Source of the DNA: Paragordius varius
Taxonomy: Eukaryota > Animalia > Nematomorpha
Assembly: GCA_964247055.1 (NCBI GenBank)
Contig: OZ176055.1
Coordinates: 1,984,001-2,048,000 of the forward strand
Direction of reading: 5' to 3'
DNA length: 64,000 nt
Each line of letters begins with the position of its first letter. Within the stretch, counting starts at the first letter, position 1. The position numbers and the translations under genes were made by a program. The notes below the pieces were generated by a model. That model was not told the DNA's origin. It did no database searches and saw nothing but the letters and a program-made list of their open reading frames with translations. Positions 13,073-27,225 of the stretch are shown here, piece by piece.

Positions 13073-16000
13073 ATGAATAACAAATTCGTGATTAGAATTC
13101 TGGTTTTTGGTATGCTTAATATTTTTAGATATATATCAGAAAAGTCTTTTCAATGTTAAATTATAATTAGTGGTACCTATACCACGACCCTAAAAATGCC
13201 CTTTTATACCCTATGTTATTTATTTCGAATAAATATATCAATGTTTCAACCAGCTATAAAAATATTTATGGGTGTGGCCCTCAAGTCAATAAAAATGTTT
13301 TTTTCGGTCCTTCAAATTTTTTTTGGTGAGCACCAATGATATCATTATTACAGTAAGAATTGAAATTTTACGGGCAAAACGTAAAAATATAAAGACAAAT
13401 ATTTTATTTCAATGACAACCATATTTTGTAACCTTAATTTACTATAAAAATCATTTAATAACAATCTTAAAATATTTTGATTGTGTTACTTAATAATAGA
13501 GTTTAATTAGTTATAAAAAACACGATTTAAAAAGTATGGTTGTATTTCAGAAGTAGTCCCTATATTTTTACATTTTGTCTGTATACTTTTAATTTTTACT
13601 GTATGAATCGATGAAACCACCAATTATAGCTACACAAATAACTTTAAACAATATAATTATTGCCAGTATAGCATATGGAGTGTTTTAGTATAAATGTGCT
13701 AAAAAAGTTTTTGCTCTTTTTCAGAAATTCTATTGACCATTGATGCCATAACAAATGACACGGAAAATGTAAATAATGTGATATATTCCGATGAGGATTT
13801 GAACTTTGTGAAACCTATTCAAAGCTATTCCACCACGGACCCAAGAGAAGATGTTCAAAAGTTAATACATATTGATGATAATATTCAATCTGTCCAACAT
13901 TCTCAACATTATTTCAAACGGCATTTATTAGGTTTTATATTTATAAATTTAGATTTGAAAAAAAAGTGCATTCGTAATTATTTTATCAGGTGATAGACAA
14001 AAGTTTAATATTTGGAAAAATACAAAAGGGGGTGCCGCCCCTAAGTACTGCAACCGATAGTTAAAATTATGGTTTTTGTTGTTATCTATTAGAGTGGTTA
14101 TGGAGAATAATAAAATTTGGAGTTTAAGCACTGTAAAATTAATTTTTTATAATTATTTTTCTCCGATTTTTCTAATTCCTTATAACGGTTGAGATGTTAA
14201 GCAATTATTGTAAAACTGATTAATTATTTTAGAAAAAAAGTTTTTAAATTTTGATCGGCAAATAATATATAGATTGGTAAAAATTTAATTTAACAATAAT
14301 TATTTAATTTGTTTAAATTAATATTTTGTGAATTAAAATTGCTAATCCGTTTGCATTTTAACACTTCATTACCTCTTGGGTAGTTTGAAATATTATCGTC
14401 TTAATACCACAATGATTTTGGCGAATTTAAAAATACCGTCTCTAGTATTTTCTATTTTCGAAATATTGAAAATGCTAAATAAAAGATTCAATTATGTGAC
14501 CAAAATGTTTCGGTATATTGTTAGTTTAAAATAAGCTAATATCCAAGCTTATAGCTACAAATTATTAAAACCAATTTAGACCAAAACATGCTATTATAAT
14601 TTATATTCTTGGGTAAGCATTTGGTTCAAAATTTTTTAAACATAATTTTGGTCTCTGTCTACAATTATATTATATTCAAAATCAGCTGTTCAAATTTATT
14701 TTAATTTTATTTCACTTATGTGGTTTTGACCTAAAGGTTAAGATCACATTTTTTTAGTAACCAGATATTTTCTTTTACAACTTTTTGTCAAATTAAAAAT
14801 TTTTGGATTTAAAATCACGCCTTTTGTTGACCCTATAGATAAATATTTTACTGTCTGCCCACATTTAAAGTTTTGATTTCATGATCTAAAATTAATTATA
14901 ACGCTTACATCGTTTAACCAGTTATTCAGCATAATGTCTGTAATTTTAATTCGATTTTGTATTTATGCCTAACTTAGATGATAAGGAACCACTTCGACTC
15001 GGCTTACTATGGAGTCATCTCAGAATGTTAGATTCTGATCCAGATACAAAGTTTCAATTCTCACAACCAATCGAAGAAAGTAATGTTATTCAAGACTATG
15101 AGAATACTCATCATCAGAATAATTTTGCTGGGCGAGAGTTAGCAAGTGCAATAGCCCCGTGTAATGGATTAACATGCCCTCCTCCCAGAAGTTGTGTTCA
15201 GGTGACACCTTCAAATCCATTTAGTCCAGTTATTTGCACGTGCTCACCACCTAATTTCTTAAATCCTTCCACCAATGAATGCATAAGTAAATCATTTTGT
15301 AATATGAATAATCATTATATCAAAAGGTTTCTAATTTTTTAAAATGAGGCTGGCCCCTAACCCTCGATAATTTTTAATTATGACCCGACCAATTAATTAA
15401 AAATCTTAAATTTGATGTTATTACAGATAAACCGCAAAACTAGAATGTAATTTTAGTAAAAAATTAAGTATCTATAAGTTATTTAAGCTATGTGGTATTA
15501 GAAGAAAAATAATAGTAAGCGTTATTGGTGCAATCATATTTACACATAATACCTGGTAGTTAACTAGCGGAAGTTATGAATATTGATGATCATTAATTTA
15601 AAGTTGCAAAGATATATAAAATAGATATGAAATCATTGGATTTATGGTTAAGAAAAAAATCAGAAATGTAAGTACAATAAACTGCTTGGTAAATAAAAAT
15701 TTATATTTTATTAATAGATTGATTACGTGACAAAATACATGTAAGGCAGTCAAAAAAGACATTCCACTGTCATATTGTCAAATTTTAAAAAACATGACAG
15801 AAGTACTAAAATAATTGTTTTTCCAGAAATATAATACTTTATATATCTATGATTACCATAGACACTATATTTATTTTAGGTTAGAAATAATATGTATCCC
15901 TCTATTTTCTGTTGGATTATAATCTTTCACTTTTACATCACCAGTTATAATTTAATGTTCGACAGATAGGCCTCAAATTATAATTTCTTTCCAAACCCTG

Positions 16001-18775
16001 AACCTATATTGCTTACTTACGTTATATCTATATATTTATAATAAAAATGCTGGCTTTGTGATCTGTTTCCGCCGGTAAATCCATTTAAATCCAAATGTCT
16101 TATAAATACAATAGCTTCGCCTTTTTTATAATTAGGCTTCCAGTTAGGGCCCACCCCGTGTAAAAAAACGGGTTTTTTGAAAACACAAGTCCACAAAAAT
16201 CGTGTTTTTGAGACAATTTTCCGGAGAACGTGTTGGACCATTCAATTTCAAATATGATGTTTTTTAACTTATTTTCGATTGCGCCGAACATAGTTGTCTC
16301 GCTTTTTTGATTTAGGCTCTTTTTACCCGCTCCTCCCGTTAAATACTATTTATTTCTAAGTCCACAAAATATTTTTTTGAGTCTATATTTCGCCAAAGGT
16401 ATGAGACCGTAAAAATTTAATAAGGATTCCAGATATTACCTGTTTAACAACAAAAATTTTGGTTTTTTGGGGGGTAAAAAGATACATTCTAAAAACTGCC
16501 CCATCATATCAAATTAGGGTGCTTTTGGGGCTAAAATTCAGAAAACCTATCAGGCCATATGAGTTCAATAGTTGCAACCCTTTACGCCTCGAAAAATGCA
16601 CCACCATATAATCATTTTTTAGTTTTAAACAATATTTCCAAAAACTAATGAGAGCATATGGAACTAATCATATTCACCGTAAAAAGACAAAATTTTAATC
16701 GAGCGTTTTTTTGATTTCGCCCCTGGTTAGGGGGCTACCCGGATAAAACTACGTCATCATATCGATACAGCATGCCTTTGGAGCCGAATTTCAGAAAACC
16801 TAATCTAATAGGAACATATGGACATAATAATTCCAGATATTTTCCATATAAAGGCAAAGAATTTTACCCAATTTTTTTGTACCCTCTGGGTAAGGAGCTA
16901 CCCGCCAAAAACTGCGCCTCTATATAGATATTGCGTTGTGAAGTTAATTTTCAGAAAATTTATGAAGCCATATGAGCTTAAAAGTTTGAAATATTACCCG
17001 TAACTAGGTAAAATTAAGGTTAGGCTTTTTTATTAGCCGTTAATTTAGGGCCTTTATGCCCTAAAAATACGCCATCCTATAACTATTATTTAGTGTTGAG
17101 ATATTTTTGAAAAACCCATGAGATGATAGTATCAAAGATGATTCCAAATATTTGCCCAATGAACAAAGAAATTAACTAAGCGCTTTTTCCATATTTATGT
17201 ATGGGTAGGGGTCTACCGGTTTAAACTGAGAAGCCATACAAAAATAGCGTGGTTTTGGAGCTAATTTCTAATTAGAAGCCATATGACAGCTAAACACATT
17301 TCTGGGGAAATTGTATAATATCATTCTTTCCTTTAAAAAGGGGCCACAAATGATTTACTTTTTATATCACTTGATCCCAGCTGTGTGAACACAATTTCAA
17401 AATGAAACTTTTAACCATGATTTCGTTAAACGAAAATCTTAAAATAAATCCAATGATAGTCGAATATTAACTTTAATGGAAAGTTTAAATATGGTCATTC
17501 TGAGTAAACAATATTTGAGCCTATGCAAAAACACGAAAGAATTAAAGACATTCTTTTTATTAAATATGTTTTTTATTATTATTTATCCCCATTATTTATT
17601 AAGAATAATTATCGGTGAGACTGGCTCACAGCGAAGCATGGCAGGGCCAGCTAGTCATTTAATAAAACTTTTAAAACAATCAAAATTATATCTTTATTGA
17701 TTCATATTGTAATAATTAACAACATAAAAAAGATGCCCGAGGTAGAGTACGAGTTCGACTACGTTTTACTAACCTTGTATTTGGAAGGGGATTACTTGAT
17801 CCTCGAAGCCCTTCGTTCAGTGTGACGGCCAGGAATTTGCTTAATGTTCTTCAAACCTTCTATACGACTTATCAGGACCGATTTGGTACCATCGTAGATG
17901 TTAATTTGGTTCGATTCACATCGGGTTCCGTCGTTGCACACACAGATATAATCTTCAAAGAAAGGATTGGCAATGATACAGTACATGCTCTTAAACGGAG
18001 CTTACAAGCCTTATTGTCAAATCCCCCGCTCCACGCCCCCATAGATTTGAAACATGCGGAGTTAATGGAAATATATCAACAAAACCCATGTCAACTGTAT
18101 GAATGGGATGATTTACATAGCTATTTAAATGCATTCTCACCCAACTCTACCGTCACATCTCACCAAGACATCACTAAAGAACACGAAATGCACATACATA
18201 CGAAATTAGCGGAGCGTAATACGGTTTGTCCCGTTTATTCGATTTGTCGGGTTAAAAAGATAAAAAAAACAAAAACATACGAAGCTAAATGTCATTGCAT
18301 ACCCGGTTATATCAACATTGGAATAAACGAGGATCCACTGAAAGTGAATTGTCAAAGTAAATTATATTTAAATGCTTTAAATTATGTAAATTTTTAACAT
18401 ATTTTCCAACACAATAGCCATAATTGCAGTTAGTTGGAAGGCCTTTTCAATGATAAAATGAAATTATTTTTTTGCAATAAGGTTATTTATCATAGATGAA
18501 TCCGGAAAATTCATTTATTATTAAATGGTTAAATTTAATTTGGTACTATAGAACCAGATTTTTTACTACCTTTAGGCCTTTGCCACCACAAAATCTGCAA
18601 TCATGGTGGTACTTGCATGGTGGACCAAAAAAATAATACATTTTGTCAATGTTCCATTTGGTATAGGGGACAATCGTGTCAATATGCAGTCTTGCCGTTT
18701 TTAATTGTTATGTCAACCACTTTATTAACTGTATTTTGTATCATAGCACAAAAAACCTATTTTAAGGAAAGTTAA
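13073..18775 (+). CDS. Type I membrane protein: signal peptide - acidic/low-complexity region - EGF-like - SEA - EGF-like - EGF - TM - 8-aa tail
   Basis: Exons 13073-13109, 13725-13931, 14978-15286, 17733-18356, 18576-18775, all phase-consistent. Signal MNNKFVIRILVFEILLTIDA; SEA motif RFTSGSVVAH; EGF CHHKICNHGGTCMVDQKNNTFCQCSIWYRGQSC; TM AVLPFLIVMSTTLLTVFCIIA. Confidence 0.85.
13349..13603. mobile_element. MITE family B (TACAGTAAAAA...TTTTTACTGTA, Tc1/mariner-like TA ends)
   Basis: Terminal inverted repeats with internal CGGACAAAACGTAAAAATATAAAGACAAA; in intron 1 of the SEA gene. Confidence 0.7.
16027..17654 (+). mobile_element. Non-autonomous Helitron with internal degenerate tandem repeats
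   Basis: 5' A|TCTATATATTTATAATAAAAATG; 3' GC-rich CACAGCGAAGCATGGCAGGGCCAG-CTAG|T; first ~370 nt shared with 49275-49680; degenerate ~160-nt units (TTTTGGAGCTAA..CAGAAAA..GCCATATGA) at ~16500-17300. Confidence 0.75.
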
Positions 18776-19548
18776 TTCCAGAAAGTAAATATTTTTTAGT
18801 ATTTTATTTCACGATATTTACAAAATTATTTTATTTATAAATGTATATTATCATACTCTAGCACACTCAAACACAAGTTGGTTGGATCTTAATTAACGAA
18901 TAGCCAAATATAATGATTATTATTATCAAATAAATTTGCTCAAATTTTTCAAAAGTGTGTGCACATTATTTAACATGAAATGTAATATGATAACTAGGTT
19001 TGGGTCTAATTTGGCATACTAACCTTCACAGCTTGTAAAAAAAATAGTCAAAATTTGTATGTGATCAAACATAGTGCACGAAATATGTAATATATCTTGC
19101 ATATTCTGATTGAATATATTAGGAGTCCGATTGTATTTTTGTTTCCTTAAATATTCCACATTAACGATATTAGGTACATATCAAAAATTGCAAAACCATA
19201 TGCTTATTATCAATGAGAGCTTAATATTGCTTCAAAAAATGTCATACTATATCATAAACCGTTTGCACTCCGCTAAATATGGGAAAGGGAGGAAATTGAT
19301 TATTTTCTAATATCACTAGATTATGACATACCATATAAATAACTTTAAGAAAAAATTTGTTTTTTATTTAACGGGATATAAGCATAAAAATACCTTTTCT
19401 ACATAATTTGGAAGATACAGAATATATTCAACCACAATAAATAATTGCTAACGTAAAAATTAAAGGTATATTCAAAATTATTTTAAATTTTTAATGGAAA
19501 ATATAAAAAATGTATCATTATGTAAGAATTTTTCTGGCCATCTTCATG

Positions 19549-19810
19549 ATATTTACAATTCAAATTTACCCTCGAACAATTCAAATTCACCCTAAAAATG
19601 AATTATATGTTTTCGGGCTAATATAATTGTCTTATCATATGACATAGTTTATTATTTTTTCAGTATTATATTAATATTAGTTTTAACAATATATCATTTT
19701 TTAAATAATATAAAAAAGATACAGGTAATTTTTAATGTCAAAAAACACATAATTTTTTTAGGGTAAATATTCTTGAATTGTTTAAGGGTGAATTTAAACT
19801 GTAAATGGTA
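19549..19810. mobile_element. MITE family A (TACCATTTACAGTT...AACTGTAAATGGTA)
   Basis: Long imperfect TIRs with subterminal CACCCTTGAACAAT units; at least six copies in the window. Confidence 0.72.
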
Positions 19811-20977
19811 AACTAATAAAATATTATAAAACAGGTTAAATTTTATCGTATAGACATCCATTGATATAGTTTAATTGTAGAATAAAATTCAGTGCCTTAT
19901 CAGCCCAGTTAAAATATATTTGTTTTTGTATAGTAAATTTAAAAAAATTTGGGTTTAATTTTATAGTTTGCCGACGTGCACTCGATTCTTTCAACAGATG
20001 AAAAATATAATCTGAAATTTTAAAATATTTGGTTTTTTAGTTTATAATTTATCTTTTTTAGTATAGGTTTTGCTCCATATTTTACGAATTTATAGTCAAA
20101 ATACCGTTAATCAGCCGTTTGGAGCAATTTGGTTTTTGCATTTATTTTAAATGCGTGGACCTGAGAATCATTAAACCATCTCTCTATCAAAATTTTTTAT
20201 ATCTAATAAAATGAGCTTTAATTTTAAACACATTACATTTTTGCAGCAATTAATGAATTTAACCTCTGGGTTTCTTTAAATGCTAATTTAATTAATTTGA
20301 CTACTGTATAAACTGATAAGTTCCATCAATTAAACATTAATTCGATTGTTATCCGGTTATCATCAAAAAAATATTTTTTACATGTGTGAACATATCTCAA
20401 GACATACTGCTTATATCCAACGTTTAAATCATCATCATCAGTAATATATTTTTTTATTTGAATAAAAAAATATAAAACAAAAGTAAATATCTATAATCAA
20501 GATGGCTGTTTAATTTTTACAAGTTATAACAAAAGCGTTTCAAAATTAAAATATACTATTTTAGTTAGATCAAAAATTATATAACGCTTATTTTTTTAAG
20601 ATATCCCAAAAATTATTTTTAAAGTTTAAATTATTTTTACAAAATGCAATATTTAGGACCATATTTAACATTTTTTTAGTTCAACACTTTTTCATTCAAA
20701 TTCAACATTTTATAAATAATTTTTAAAAAATTATATAAAGCTAAGCAATAAACTAACGATTACATGTTATTAAATTAGCCACACTTATTAAACTAACACC
20801 AATATTATTTTAAATATTTATAATTTGCCTGCACATTTCCAAAAAATTCGATAAGAAATTATAGGTAACTTATTTCGAACATAAAAAAGGCTAACATATA
20901 CAATATTGTATTTCTCCCAAAAAACACATTTCTAATAAGTGTAAGGTCATGAAAAATTATTTCGATAAAATTATATT

Positions 20978-21745
20978 CAGATAGAAAAATGCATCATAAT
21001 TATCACATGGTGCTTTTGGTTGGCCCTTATGAGTTATATGAGAAAGTTATTTACACTTTTGTGGTAAGTGTTACATATCAGAAAATAAATTTGACCATAT
21101 AAATTATTTTTTTGATGAAAGCTAAATGTTTCATTCCAAAAAATATCACTAAAATATATTATAAAATACTTATGAAAAGCTAAACAATATTTTTATACTA
21201 TTTTTTTAGATGTGTGTTACGAAAGTCACAAACTCTTTTGCCTTCTAAAACGGGTTAGTTTTTTTTAAATATATGCTAAATTTTAACATCTAAAAAAATA
21301 TTTTCAAAAAATGGATTTTTCTAGTAAAATTCATTTTCAGCAATTTGTGGAAGCGTACCTTCTACTATTTTTAGGCATGATGGAAACGGTATGAAAACAC
21401 TTTTAACTATTGTAAACACACTTTTTCTTAATCTGATTATGCTGAACATTTCCATCGTGACAGAATTAAGGTTGTTTATATTAAAAAATTGGTGAATTTT
21501 TATAAAAACACAACCTTTTGACATAAATCTGAAGACAAAAGATAATTTAGGTGATAGAAACGTTTAGCCTCATTAAATCGAACAGAAAAGTGTTTTTATA
21601 ATACTAAAAGCGTTTTATTTCGTCGATCCCACAAAATTTTGAATTAAATTTTCGTAAAAAGCATGCATTTTTTAAAATTTTTTTATATCGTTTAGCATAT
21701 ATATAAAAATTATATCGAATCCCGGGATTGCTTTCATATGTTAAA
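20978..21745 (+). repeat. Dispersed ~750 nt repeat (family C), homologous to 33827-34620
   Basis: Colinear shared blocks GATAGAAAAATG, GCTTTTGGTT..GCCCTTATGAGT, ATGGAAACGGTAT, GATAGAAA, AAAGTGTTTTTATAATA; partial copy at 22186-22370. Confidence 0.65.
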
Positions 21746-21794
21746 AAATTTAACATTAGACGACTTAAGTCAGGCAAGAAACCTCCACAAAGCT

Positions 21795-22170
21795 ATTACA
21801 ATGATTTTTATATTTAAACAATTATTAACATCCAAGAATATAAAATAAAGTTTGTTTTTATTATATAAGATGATAAAAAATATTTGTGTCAAAAATTGTT
21901 AAGTTAGCCAATTTTTGAAGGTTTTTTCCCAACAAAAAGTATTGGATATTTTGAGTAATTTTTTTTTATTTTGAAGATAAATTGGTATTAATATAAGCCA
22001 CATATTATTTGTTTACCTAGCGAAAAATATTTATAAACGAGAAAATTTTGGATATGTCCGAATTTGGAAAAAGTCCTATATCTCAAAAACGACCGGGGTA
22101 AGTAAAAATTTACACAAATCTGATCACAATACCATAAGGAATCAGAAAATATTAAAAAGATCCAGAAAAT
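21795..22170 (+). repeat. ~380 nt direct repeat, second copy 26020-26398
   Basis: Shared ATTATTAACATCCAAGAA, TTTTGGATATGTCC.AATTTGGAAAAAGTCC, ACACAAATCTGATCACAATACCAT, GATCCAGAAA. Confidence 0.75.
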
Positions 22171-24109
22171 TGACCCCAAATTTAATTTGGTGCTTTTTGG
22201 CCCTTACGAGTCAAATTAAAAAGTCATTTACACTTTTGTGGTAAATTCTCCATATCGATATATGGCAAAATTTGAGGACATTTTCTGATATAATTCTTTT
22301 TTGATCGCTAAAAGCTTCTTTCCAAAAAATATCACTAAAATATATAAACTACTTATACAAAGCTAATCAATGGGTGGGGTGCTAAAAAAGTCGCACTTGA
22401 TTTGTAAGTCAAGCGTGCCAAGTTGAGCCAGTTTGCTTAAGCCAGCAAGTGTACACTTGAAGATCGGTGATGAAAAAAACTTGCTTATAAAAATAACATT
22501 TTTTTGCTACCCAATTCAAATTTTACGGAAAATTTTTTGATCATTTTCAGCCAAATTTTATGAAATTAGGCTAAAAGATAAACAATTAATACAATATACA
22601 TTTATTGAAGTTTCTCAAAATTATAGATTCTTCTAAATATTAAGCCCGGTATTAAATTTTAAGCTGATAAAACCATTTCCCTTAAAAACTCTTTATTTTA
22701 CCACACTTCTCATTTGGTTAGGAGTCGATTTGCTAAAATGGAAGATGTTTATACAATATAACATATTATTATTTTTAAGATTATAAACATTACATTCGAA
22801 ATAAATTTATGATGAAATAATTTCTTTACATTAGTTAATAGTAAAGTAATCTTTGGCGTTCGTTAAACGAAGATTTGAAATTTTACAAAATTAATATTTA
22901 ATTATTTATTTTTAAGAAATTTTCGAGAATCAAATTTTTTTGCGGGTTCACGGAATTGATATATTTAGCACATTTTTATATGCATTGTTCTTAAATAGTA
23001 GCAAAGTGTTCCTAAAAATTTATCCTCTTTTGTATCCACCAAATTTGAATAGGTTAATAACCAAAATTTATCAGATATAAAATTTATATCATTAACAAAG
23101 TTTTAATACATGTATAGCATAGATTACATCCATAAATAATTTCCAAAATTATTTTATTCATATTTTGATTTCAGGTGCCTACACCACACATAAAAAATCT
23201 ATAAGATTTACTTGATCATATGATTTAATCACCCTTTATTTTATGTTCTTGGATGTTAAAAATGCTTGTTTAAATATAAAAATCATTGTAATAGCTTTGT
23301 GGATTTTTTTTAAAAAATCAATTTAATTTTTACACCTTTTTTGCTGTTTTTTATGTAACAAAAGCTAAAATTTACTCAGCTGTAAATACTAAACTCCTTA
23401 TTTCAGCTGTAAATTTTGAATATTTACCATGCCTTAAAATAAAACCCAAAGTAATTTTTTATTTATAAAATTAGAATGACTGACGGGTAAAAATATTGTA
23501 TCTCACAGCAAAAAATCTAGGCTAAATTATTTAGAGGGGGCGTTTGTGGACCGTTCTAGTAAGCACTCTAGAGATACTCGGTGAAAATGCAAAAATGCTT
23601 TTATATATTTTTTCTTTGTTTGATACATTCCTATAAAATCAACAATAGATCGATTTGCTACAATTGTGAAATAAATACCATGACCAAGTACTGAATCGCA
23701 ACAATTTGCATCTGACGTCAGCTAATAGATTATCTTTCACTATGGATAACTGTGCAGAATAAATAAATATGGAGAATATGTCATATCTTATGAAAAACGT
23801 TTAAAAAATATAATTTTATCAATAAATATTATCATTTTATAATTATTTATTTGAAGCCATTTGATGCTTTTTTCTATAGCAAATGAGAATAATATATTGA
23901 TAATACGCAAATCCTAATAATGCGTCAGTTAATTAGAGATATTAATTAAAGTAAATTTTGTCAGCAGATTTAAAGACACGGATAATCTATCTTGATTTTA
24001 AATGAAAGTAAATTAGGTGTATTAAGGGAAAATAAAATAATAATTTATTTATTCATATATAAACAATCGTAAATTAAATTTATATATTTCGATAAGTTTT
24101 TTCGAAGGG

Positions 24110-25690
24110 TTTTAAAAGTTGATGTCCCTTTTCGCCTCTTTGATATGTGATGGCGTCTTTGGGAAGTACACACATAGGAATCCACCATATGAAGCTTTAG
24201 ACTCATGCGTTATCCTATATTTTTGATAAAAAAGAATATAAATGTTTAAATAACACAAATATGATAACATATATACCCATCCTATAGAAAAAGTCAATTA
24301 AACAATTGCCTAATTTCAGATAATTGTTATTTTTTAAATTTCCCAAAAATTTTGAGAAAAAGTTCGCAATGTACCATGCCGCTTTTTCTTTGGGTTGCAT
24401 TTTAGATTCAAACATTACAGCGTTCAAAAGACTCGTAACCTAAAATTAAATATATAATACCCGCGGCCTATCAAAACTGCCGCGTTTATTTTAGCGGGTG
24501 TCATCCTGAACTTCCTAAAATGAATCCAAGCTTCGCCATTTATATAAAGACGGCACAAAAATGTTTTGGCCAATCCTAGCAGCGTGTGAAATGGGGGCAA
24601 CACAAATTCGTTAGCTGATATTAATGGATACCTGATTCTTTGGCCCAACTTCATAAGTTATTAACAGCCAATTATTTTTTGTGTAGTGTTTCTCGGTGTC
24701 ACCCGAGTACCACTCAGACAGGGGGCAAAAAATTTGGAAAACCCTTTTTATATACCTAAAAGCAAACCCATGACCTATAAAAATATTAGAATTTATAACT
24801 TTATAACCCTGTAACATGCCAATAATGATAGCCGTATTGCAGGAGTTCAAAAATGTTTTCGACAACCTCTTGGCCTCCCTATAAACACGGCTATAAGCAA
24901 TTAAAATTAGCCTGCGTTCTCCGGCACAGTCCATCAAAATACCTTTCAAACTTTTTAAAAAGATGTCAACTATTGTATACCTGGGAAGCGTCCAGCAATA
25001 CCCACTGTGATGAATTATATTTGTAATTCATTTCCTTCATGAGACAAATTATATTATTACACCAAGATACAGAACTGTTTTATTTTCGAAAATTTATTCC
25101 TCTAATTCGAAAACTAGTTATGATCTGTTAAATTGCTACGAGTAAGGGTCCGTAGCATAATTTCTGATGACCTGAAATAATATATATTAAAAATGTCTGG
25201 CTTATTAAAAGATAAATACAAAATTTCAATTTTATATATTTAACGCATTTTAGCATGACTTGATTAAAATAAATTTTAAAATACGTAATTCTATCAATTT
25301 TTCTAAAAATATCGTCTGGAAAGATGCATTTTTTTGATTAGGGAAATCACTTCATTGCTGCTTAATTTATTTGTACATTTTTTTCTAATCGTTATCATCT
25401 ATCATATCAAAAAAATCGATAGGAATGGTTGGAGAAGGAGGTAGGGGAAGGTCAATGGAATGAGGAACTGGACGAAATGCGCAAGAAAAGTTTGGATATT
25501 CGATAGGGTTTTTGTTTTTTTGGTAATGTTAGTAAGAAATGGTTTTGGAACTCCACAAATGAAACATCCAGAATGTGTATTGGCTCAGGCTATATCATAG
25601 GGATAACCCAATGGTGTCAAGGTCCGGTTTTGTTGTACCATGCTCCTAAACTAAATAAGCTCAACTCTTATCGAGGTCCCCCATGATAAG
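24110..25690 (-). mobile_element. Transposase pseudogene, Chapaev3-like (CMC superfamily)
   Basis: Colinear frameshifted motifs: IPMI*PEP, AFRPVPHSIDLPLP, SQWVLLDAS, GMLQGY, EWYSGDTEKHYTKNNW, LPPFHTLLGLAKTFL, AKINAAVLIG, EKAAW...KFLGN. These match the remembered LPPLHIKLGL / EAKLKEGIFVG transposase family. Superfamily name is from memory. Confidence 0.72.
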
Positions 25691-26019
25691 TTTAAAATAT
25701 AAAAAAAATAGTTTTTTTATGTATATGGTATGTTTATCCTATTAGTTTTTTTGTGTATTATCCACATATATGGCAGACAATATTTTTATCCGTCAGGCAT
25801 CCTAAATTTATAAATAAATTTACTTTGGTGATAATTATATTTTTTTATACACATTGATATAATAATAATTTTTTGATGTATTAAAATTTAGGAAGTATTT
25901 TAAAATATGAAATTAAAAGTTTAGTATTTACATCTGAGTAAATTTTAGCTTTTTTACAGAATAATAAAAGCAAAAAATGTGTAAAAATTAAATTTATTTT
26001 TGAAAATAAAAGTCCACAC

Positions 26020-26398
26020 TATTACACAATGAAATTTATATTTATACAAGCATTATTAACATCCAAGAACATCAAATATAGTTTGTTTTTATTTAATAAT
26101 ATGATAAAAAATATTTGTGTCAAAAAAGTTAAGGTATCAAATTATTAAGGGTTTTAGCCCAACAAATAGTATTGGGTATTTTGAGTAATTTATTTTTTAT
26201 ATTTATTGGTGATCTTTTGCATAAATATTTATATAAGCCACATATTATTTATTTATCTAGTGAAAAATATTTACTAACGATTAAGTTTTGGATATGTCCA
26301 AATTTGGAAAAAGTCCCATATGTCGAAAACGATGGGGCAATTTTTTTTAACACAAATCTGATCACAATACCATGAATCAAAAAATTAAGATCCAGAAA
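26020..26398 (+). repeat. Second copy of the ~380 nt direct repeat at 21795-22170
   Basis: Direct sequence comparison; explains the spurious ORF 26172-26375. Confidence 0.75.
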
Positions 26399-27225
26399 GT
26401 GTGTCACAGTGTAATTCTACTACAATTTCCTCTCAATCAGTTAATATTTTTATATTTCCCGATTTCGGACGCAGTGACAATGTGTGATTTAAAAAAATTA
26501 GCCATGTTTTTAGTTTTATAATCAAATAAACACAAATTTTGGGAAAATGTTTAAAAATTAAAATAGCTTCGAAGTAGTTTTATATGGTTTTTTTTATCTA
26601 GAAAAGATTTAGGCTTATTTATAAATTATTTATAGAAGATAAATAAATCGGAACGGTTTCTTTCAGTAGTTTTTGGTTAAATATTAACATATATCTAGTC
26701 TGGGGTATTTAGATATCTTGATTTTCTAGATTTTTACCTTATTATATTTTCAAATTAATAATTCACTTGGGGTACAAAGCTACCCTAATAGTAATAAAAC
26801 TTAATACGTCATGTTTTCTAATAGAACACTTACCAGAAAAAAATTACTTTTCGAAATAATTCGTAAGGCCAAATGTAATGATCAAACTGTAACTCAACCC
26901 ACTTTCTACATGCTATATGTAATTTATAATACTTGACTTCATGCTTTCAAAAACTATACATTATATAAAAAGATAACTCACGAAACTGTAAGAAACAAAA
27001 GCTCAGTTGAGCTATATATTTATACAACCAACTATTTCATAATAGTGTTTTTGCAATTAACTTTGGCCAAAATATGCACCCAGTTATTCTATTCAAACTT
27101 TAAATAAAAGCGTTTATTTGGTAGGGTTTGTAGTGTATATATTTGTCTTTAGGCAAATTAAAATCTTGATACGATATTTCAATTGTCAAAGTCACGCCTG
27201 CTTAGGTATACCTGCATTTTACAAT

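Noticed and set aside
13110-13128. Candidate 19-nt intron after the signal-peptide exon
   Set aside because: The downstream frame stops within 12 codons; the acceptor at 13724 completes a good signal peptide.
13932-13952. Candidate 21-nt intron GTTTTATATTTATAAATTTAG
   Set aside because: Using it leads to a stop at 13991-13993; the same donor joins in phase to the exon at 14978, so the intron is better read as 13932-14977.
16017-16291. ORFs 16017-16241, 16100-16291 and 49501-49692 with similar translations
   Set aside because: Both loci are the shared 5' part of non-autonomous Helitrons; the similarity is at DNA level only.
21988-26375. ORFs 21988-22179 (-) and 26172-26375 (+)
   Set aside because: Opposite-strand chance ORFs within two copies of the same 380-nt repeat.
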